Of a stretch of 64,000 nt of DNA, positions 58,884 to 64,000 are shown one piece after another. Source of the stretch: Patescibacteria group bacterium (lineage in GTDB: Bacteria > Patescibacteriota > WWE3 > UBA101185 > UBA10185); the NCBI GenBank assembly GCA_018825365.1, contig JAHJEV010000004.1:27527-91526 (forward strand). Reading direction: 5' to 3'. Made by a program: the position numbers and the translations under genes. Under the pieces are notes generated by a model that saw only the letters and a program-made list of their open reading frames with translations, was not told the origin of the DNA and made no database searches. The first letter of the stretch is position 1; every line of letters starts with the position of its first letter.

Positions 58884-60638
58884 ACTTTTCTCAACGATCT
58901 TGTTGGGATAGGAACTACAAATCCAGCAGATACAACCTTAAACTTATCAAGTACAAGCCCGTCTAGTATAAATATGCTGGATGTTGACGGAGTAATAAGA
59001 ATCAACCAATCAGTAGTCACCGACACAGTTTCAAACACCTTATACAACAACTCGGATGTATTAATGTGGAATGATAAACAAATATCAGCCGGACCTAACC
59101 TGTACTCGATAAACGGATCCGTTTCCAACGATGAGTATTTATCGCTACAACACAAACAGGGTACAACTGACATACTGGTCACAGCATGGGTAAACGACGG
59201 AACAAAATGGGTAAAGATTGCAAATCTAGGAGACCCGTCAGATACAACCGGGGATTACTACTTCACTACACCGGACAGCGATACGGTCCGTTTACACAAT
59301 AAATCCGGAAACTCACAGTCATTAAAACTAGACATATTCGTATCCGGAGCTAATGTTGCAGAGTGGTACACACTCGATAACACATTTGCTGACACTAGCA
59401 CAGCTTCAGATGTTTCAGATATCTCAGACACTTCGGATACTTCAGATGTTATAACTACCGGTACATCCCCAAGCACTGAAATTACCCTACCAGGTTCATC
59501 ACCTGATACCTCAATCACCGAGTCTACGTCCGTACCTAATACTGAAATTACTAAAATTGAATCCGGTGATGTTGTTGCACTATCTACAAATATTGACGAT
59601 TACGGAATGCCGATGATTAGAAAAACAAGCACCTATTACGACTCGAGTTTATTTGGAGTAGTTACTACAAGTGCCAGCCACGAAATGGGAATACAAAGAG
59701 ATGGAAGAAAACTTGTTGCCCTGTCAGGTAGAGTCCCTGTAAAGATAGATCCCGCTTCTTCAGATATTAAACCCGGAGACTTCATTACAGCATCATCTCT
59801 TGAGGGACATGCAACCAAAGCTGAAATGCCGGGAAGAGTCATTGGTACAGCGCTGCAGTCGTGGAATAAAAATTCCGGTGACAAAAAGGTACTGGTTTTA
59901 GTCAATCCAACATACAACTCACCTACCGCCCAAGCACTCACATCAGCTTTATCATCTGACAGCTCTACATCTGGAGATATTTCAAATGAAATGCTAACTC
60001 TAAGAGATCAGATAGTTGCCCTATCTAACAATCTTAAGGACACACTATCTTCCCTTGGGATGACATTAACTAAGGATGAGGTTTCAGAAAAAGACACGCT
60101 GGCTATTAACTCAGACATGCACATACTTGGGGATGTGACACTTACTAACCTGACCGTAACTGGCGATATTCAGGCAGGAATGGTCACAATTGACACACTT
60201 TCTAACTCAGTAGACGTGCTTGGATCTTCCTGCTATAACTCAGAAACTAATACAATCAATGACACATTATGTAATGATCAGGCTTTACATCTTCAAAAAT
60301 CTGGCTCCGGTATGATTGACATGTTCGACGGAAAGATAGTTGCCAAACCAAACGGAACATTGGTTATAGAAAACTCCATAGAAACCAAGAAACTTGTCAT
60401 CAACACATCTGATGTAGAATCCGCAGCTGCAGGAAAAACAACCATCAAAGCCGGTGACACCAGTATCACAATAGATACGAGCGCTGTAAATGACAAATCC
60501 ATAATCATGATAACTCCGGAAAGACCGGCTACTGTCGGAAGCAAATACAAGCAGGAAGGAAAGTTTGAAATAGTCTTGAAGGAGGCTCAGGCGGAGGATC
60601 TTGATATAAGCTGGATAATTGTGGATAGAAAAGATTAA
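58629..60638 (+). CDS. split-intein C-terminal fragment (Int-C, 85 aa) fused to the C-terminal extein of the tail-fibre-like surface protein (669 aa total)
   Basis: 'RVWDIEVEGTHNFVGNGIIAHN|TFLNDLVGIGTTNP...' carries intein blocks F and G ending in HN with +1 Thr; extein resumes the GIGTT repeat type of the upstream giant protein; S/T/D-rich linker; C-terminal globular region. Confidence 0.8.
   Translation: MPNKNNKKNLIDTHPVGRIFNIGKEKAVWKRVTELKPGVKIAVEKDGNLAWDEIVEIKSVGLERVWDIEVEGTHNFVGNGIIAHNTFLNDLVGIGTTNPADTTLNLSSTSPSSINMLDVDGVIRINQSVVTDTVSNTLYNNSDVLMWNDKQISAGPNLYSINGSVSNDEYLSLQHKQGTTDILVTAWVNDGTKWVKIANLGDPSDTTGDYYFTTPDSDTVRLHNKSGNSQSLKLDIFVSGANVAEWYTLDNTFADTSTASDVSDISDTSDTSDVITTGTSPSTEITLPGSSPDTSITESTSVPNTEITKIESGDVVALSTNIDDYGMPMIRKTSTYYDSSLFGVVTTSASHEMGIQRDGRKLVALSGRVPVKIDPASSDIKPGDFITASSLEGHATKAEMPGRVIGTALQSWNKNSGDKKVLVLVNPTYNSPTAQALTSALSSDSSTSGDISNEMLTLRDQIVALSNNLKDTLSSLGMTLTKDEVSEKDTLAINSDMHILGDVTLTNLTVTGDIQAGMVTIDTLSNSVDVLGSSCYNSETNTINDTLCNDQALHLQKSGSGMIDMFDGKIVAKPNGTLVIENSIETKKLVINTSDVESAAAGKTTIKAGDTSITIDTSAVNDKSIIMITPERPATVGSKYKQEGKFEIVLKEAQAEDLDISWIIVDRKD
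60486..60638 (+). repeat. 3'-terminal ~150 nt of the Int-C/extein gene (master copy of a thrice-repeated segment)
   Basis: Sequence 'taaatgacaaatccataatcatgataactccggaaagaccggctactgtcggaagcaaatacaagcaggaaggaaagtttgaaata...ctggataattgtggatagaaaagattaa' recurs at 62003-62152 and partly at 63579-63600. Confidence 0.8.
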
Positions 60639-60736
60639 ACTACTCAAAAAGCCACTGAATAGAAAACTTGGTTTTTGGTCTACTTTACTACTCATCACTT
60701 ATATTTAAGGTTGAGATAGTAAAATCTCCCGCAGAC

Positions 60737-61930
60737 TTACGTTGGATTATTTTCCGAGAGTATGCCAAATCTTCCCAAAATTAGCGGTAATTTTTCCATG
60801 TTGATAACTTCAACCGGAAGATGATATAGGGAAGTGAAAGCCTTAGATTTAGACGAACTCTTTGACCATTTTATCTCAAAAGCTTGTATTTCCCCTTTTG
60901 AATTTTTTACCACCAAGTCAACCTCGCTATTGTTTCTCGAACGCCAATAATAAAGCACACTTTGTTTGCCTAACAAAAGATTCCTCTTAGCAAATTCCGC
61001 AATAACCCAGTTTTCCCAAAGTTTACCGATATCTCCTCTATTGTTATTTTCCTGCATCTCACCAATCAGGGCATTCCTTACTCCTGTATCCCAAAAATAG
61101 ATTTTATTGCTTTTGGAAATTTCCTTTCGGGGATTGGTACTATACGCAGGTAGTTGAAAAATAACAAAAGTTTCTTCCAACAGATCTAGATATTTTACGA
61201 CTGTTTGTCTGGAAATACCCAAACTTCCAGCAATTTCATTAATCGAAACAACTGACCCAACTTGATAAGCTAAAAGAAGCAGAAGCTTTCTTAAGGTCCC
61301 CGGGCTTTTTACTAAACCAACTTGCAGGATATCTTTTAGAAGATAGTCAGAAATTAAATTATTAAGATACTCCCGTTTATCTAAAGTTTTAACTGCCTCA
61401 GGATAACTACCATAAATAAGACTGGTAAATAAAATTGAATCTGTTTGATCCCGAAAATTCCCTTTATCCAATCTCAATTCCGGCTGGTACCAGCTTTGGG
61501 AGGAAATTATCTCCGAAAAAGTTAATGGCGGCAAAAATAATTTAATATTTCTGCCGGTCAAAGTTTCTGCAGATTGATCAAGTAAATTCAAGCTAGACGA
61601 TCCTGACAGAATTATTTTGGTTGTAACCCCGAAATCGTACCATCCTTTCACTACTCTACTAATTTCGGGTACCCTCTGCGCCTCATCTACAATTAGAATT
61701 TCGGGGGAACCCAAAAGAGATAGGGAGGATTTCGGATCCAAGGGCACGGACGACAACAGCCTTTGTCTGTCAACCTCAATATCTAAATTAAGATAAGTAG
61801 TTCTTTCCAGCTTGAAGGCATTTTTCAAAAGCGTGGTTTTTCCAACCTGCCTAGCACCCAACAGCAACAGAACTTTTCCCGAGTCAAACCACTTCTTTAA
61901 ATTATCTTCTGCTAAGCGACTTATGTACAT
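60737..61930 (-). CDS. AAA+ ATPase (AAA_14 + DUF4143-type 'ATP-binding protein')
   Basis: Walker A 'LLLGARQVGKTTLL', Walker B 'ILIVDEAQ'; 397 aa. Confidence 0.8.
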   Translation of the reverse strand: MYISRLAEDNLKKWFDSGKVLLLLGARQVGKTTLLKNAFKLERTTYLNLDIEVDRQRLLSSVPLDPKSSLSLLGSPEILIVDEAQRVPEISRVVKGWYDFGVTTKIILSGSSSLNLLDQSAETLTGRNIKLFLPPLTFSEIISSQSWYQPELRLDKGNFRDQTDSILFTSLIYGSYPEAVKTLDKREYLNNLISDYLLKDILQVGLVKSPGTLRKLLLLLAYQVGSVVSINEIAGSLGISRQTVVKYLDLLEETFVIFQLPAYSTNPRKEISKSNKIYFWDTGVRNALIGEMQENNNRGDIGKLWENWVIAEFAKRNLLLGKQSVLYYWRSRNNSEVDLVVKNSKGEIQAFEIKWSKSSSKSKAFTSLYHLPVEVINMEKLPLILGRFGILSENNPT

Positions 61931-62002
61931 ATTTTGATAACTGCAGTTTACAATATATGTATCTATTTTGTCAAGTGTATGTAATCATAATCAGGATCTA
62001 TA

Positions 62003-62152
62003 AATGACACGTCCATAATCATGATAACTCCGGAAAGACCGGCTACTGTCGGAAGCAAATACAAGCAGGAAGGAAAGTTTGAAATAATCTTAAAAGAGGC
62101 TCAAACGGAGGATCTTGATATAAGCTGGATAATTGTGGATAGAAAAGATTAG
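62003..62152 (+). repeat. orphan near-identical copy of the last ~50 codons of the 58629..60638 gene
   Basis: Few substitutions relative to 60486-60638; in-frame translation preserved ('...MITPERPATVGSKYKQEGKFEIILKEAQTEDLDISWIIVDRKD*'). Confidence 0.8.
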
Positions 62153-62209
62153 AAAACTTAAGAGAAAATATATTAAAAGCCAAACCAGCGTTCCCCCGAT
62201 TAGTCTAAC

Positions 62210-63472
62210 TTAGAACTGCAGGTTATTCCCACTCACCAAACTATAAAATGGAAGAAAGTAAACACGAGTGCCACCTATTGTGGTTTCTTTGCTTTCACCA
62301 AGGTGAATAATATAACCCGCTTTTGGCTTATATTTCGCCAGAAAATTTCTAAACGAACGCGGAATTTCTATTTTTGAAATCTTCGCGTACTTAGCCTCCA
62401 TTGGTAACACATCCAGCCCTTTTTCTAAAACAAAATCCACTTCAGCCTGATCCCGTGTTCGCCAGAAGTGTATCTGAGTTGGTGAAAGCCCTAAACGCTC
62501 TCTCAGTAAATTAAAAACAACGTTTTCAAACAAGTGTCCGCCCAAATGGGCGGGAATCTCAGATAAGCCAAAAAGGCCCAGGAGCCAGTTTCGAAGCCCT
62601 GTATCATAAAAATAATAGGTGGGAGTCTTAGTAATTTCTTTTCGGGTGTTACGATAATATGGGGTAACTTTCTTGATGATGAAAGTCTGCTCTAAGTAGT
62701 ATAGGTAATGCTTAATGGTTCTTTCGTTAAGATCAACGGTTGAGGAAAGTTCAGCTATATTGACAAGACTTCCGATTTGGGAAGCAACTATTTTAAGAAG
62801 CTTGGTAAATGCATCTGTTTTCTCCAAGTTCAAAAGATCACGAATGTCTCGTTCGACATAGCTTCTGTAAATCTCCTGCATTTCTTCTTGTTTTGAAGTA
62901 ACTGAATCAGCAAGAACTACCCGCGGGTATCCTCCAAAAACCATGTATTCGGAAAAAAGACGCTCCGTCTTACCCTTTTCCAGCTCAAAAAAGTCTTGTA
63001 ATTTACCCTCATATAAATAATCGGTTCTAAAATTGACAAACTCCTCAAAGCTTATGGGCTCAATGCTAAACAGCCGCTTTCTGCCGGCCATCGACTCCAG
63101 AATCTTTGCTTTAAGCTCTAAACTGCCAGAGCCAGAAATAATGAACTTAAGAGGTAAGTTCATATCAAAAATACCTTTTAAAAAAAGCCCGACATTTTCC
63201 TTGCGTTGTATTTCATCAATGAAAACAAACGCCTTTTCTTTCCCTACTGCAAGCTCAATATGAGATAGCAATGTCGCCTGAGAGGTGAACTTAACCTTGT
63301 CCTCATCGTTATCCAAGCTCAACCAAACTGTTTTTTTGCCTTCTTCTTCTAGCTTCTTCTTCAAAATACGCATGAGGTATGTCTTACCAACCTGCCTCGG
63401 ACCAATAAGAATAGTCATTTGATCTGACCCCAGATGTTCTTCCAACCTAGTAAGTATTTTCCTCTTTATCAT
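62210..63472 (-). CDS. AAA+ ATPase (AAA_14 + DUF4143-type), paralogue of 60737..61930
   Basis: Walker A 'ILIGPRQVGKTYLM', Walker B 'FVFIDEIQ'; 420 aa. Confidence 0.8.
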   Translation of the reverse strand: MIKRKILTRLEEHLGSDQMTILIGPRQVGKTYLMRILKKKLEEEGKKTVWLSLDNDEDKVKFTSQATLLSHIELAVGKEKAFVFIDEIQRKENVGLFLKGIFDMNLPLKFIISGSGSLELKAKILESMAGRKRLFSIEPISFEEFVNFRTDYLYEGKLQDFFELEKGKTERLFSEYMVFGGYPRVVLADSVTSKQEEMQEIYRSYVERDIRDLLNLEKTDAFTKLLKIVASQIGSLVNIAELSSTVDLNERTIKHYLYYLEQTFIIKKVTPYYRNTRKEITKTPTYYFYDTGLRNWLLGLFGLSEIPAHLGGHLFENVVFNLLRERLGLSPTQIHFWRTRDQAEVDFVLEKGLDVLPMEAKYAKISKIEIPRSFRNFLAKYKPKAGYIIHLGESKETTIGGTRVYFLPFYSLVSGNNLQF

Positions 63473-63578
63473 ATATTACTATTTTAGTACCTTATTTATG
63501 GTAGTCAAGTACTAGAAAGGTCGCCCACTTTGGGATCTGGCAAAGTCTTTCCTGAGAATCTTGGCATAAACTGAGTAA

Positions 63579-63600
63579 TTGCGGATAGAAAAGATTAAGA
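63579..63600 (+). repeat. third, short degenerate copy of the gene 3' end ('AATTGCGGATAGAAAAGATTAAG')
   Basis: Matches 'AATTGTGGATAGAAAAGATTAA' at 60617-60638 and 62131-62152. Confidence 0.6.
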
Positions 63601-63875
63601 AACTCAAAGTGCTGTTTATTCCCCTGCCTCATAGACACACTCCCCCAAATTGTCAGGTTATAGGGATTAACAGTCCCTGTAATTGGAACATTACGGGGAC
63701 TTTAAATAACATTGGAAGTCGTAAATATTCCGACCTGCGATTATGTTTTTGCATTATGAAAGACAGTCTATTACCTAGAAACGGTTATATAAAAAAACTA
63801 GAATCATATCCTCAACCAAATAATCGTTTCATCTATCGACTCATTATGATGCGGTAATGCATATTGGTTAAAATC

Positions 63876-64000
63876 CTAAAGCGAGGAAACGATCTTCTTA
63901 AATAACTTCATCTTTTGTGTATCCTCCGGAGAAAATAAAAAGGGCTCCAATTTATGATAAAAACTTTCCGGAACTCCCTCAACTTTTAATTTCTCGGAAG
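63876..64000 (-). CDS. possible 3' end of a third minus-strand gene continuing beyond the window
   Basis: Open frame from the window edge to a TAG at 63876-63878; same relative position after the third repeat copy as the two AAA+ genes; cannot be verified. Confidence 0.2.
   Translation of the reverse strand, partial: SEKLKVEGVPESFYHKLEPFLFSPEDTQKMKLFKKIVSSL

Overview
AT-rich bacterial window (about 35-40% GC by eye, standard genetic code). It resembles a reduced, CPR/Patescibacteria-like genome: short housekeeping proteins (152-aa EF-Ts, 109-aa YbeY), S2 with a charged tail, NusG with an acidic N-terminal extension.

Positions 1-43,000 are mostly core genes:
- rpsF-ssb-rpsR, ychF, rlmN, tgt, cysS, recR, dnaX, pth, ybeY, rpsU, rseP, frr, tsf, rpsB, topA, def-fmt, rpmB.
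- Two tRNA-Thr genes flanking mscL.
- secE-nusG-rplK-rplA.
- An F1Fo ATP synthase operon (b, delta, alpha, gamma, beta, epsilon) with no recognisable a or c subunit next to it.
- A compact toxin-antitoxin cluster (Fic, PIN/VapC-like with antitoxin, BrnT/BrnA) sits between ychF and rlmN.
- A small horizontally acquired-looking block holds a hypothetical protein, a PIG-L deacetylase and a GT4 glycosyltransferase.
- Two consensus sigma70 promoters flanked by intrinsic terminators suggest unannotated small RNAs or structured leaders near the tRNA/mscL locus.

The striking part is the accessory region at about 43,000-64,000:
- A perfect-consensus promoter drives an 11.9-kb gene (3964 aa). The protein has an N-terminal HTH, one TM helix, and a huge extracellular region of phage-tail-fibre-like 'GNVGIGTTxP' repeats with Gly-rich modules and compositionally foreign high-GC patches.
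- Near its end is a peptidase-S74 intramolecular-chaperone domain, and the ORF terminates in the N-terminal half of a DnaE-like split intein (CVTGDTLL ... TAKHPYLT).
- The matching C-terminal intein half (…VWDIEVEGTHNFVGNGIIAHN|T) opens a second ORF 2.5 kb downstream, which continues the same repeat-type extein (669 aa).
- Between the intein halves sit three genes (NYN-domain protein, Zn-ribbon + PD-(D/E)xK nuclease, four-helix-bundle protein). This is a 'fractured gene' / trans-splicing arrangement with a candidate free-standing homing-endonuclease cassette.
- Downstream, the last ~150 nt of the second ORF recur as orphan copies, each followed by an AAA+ (DUF4143-type) ATPase gene on the opposite strand. 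This looks like a tandem array of integrated or exchangeable cassettes.
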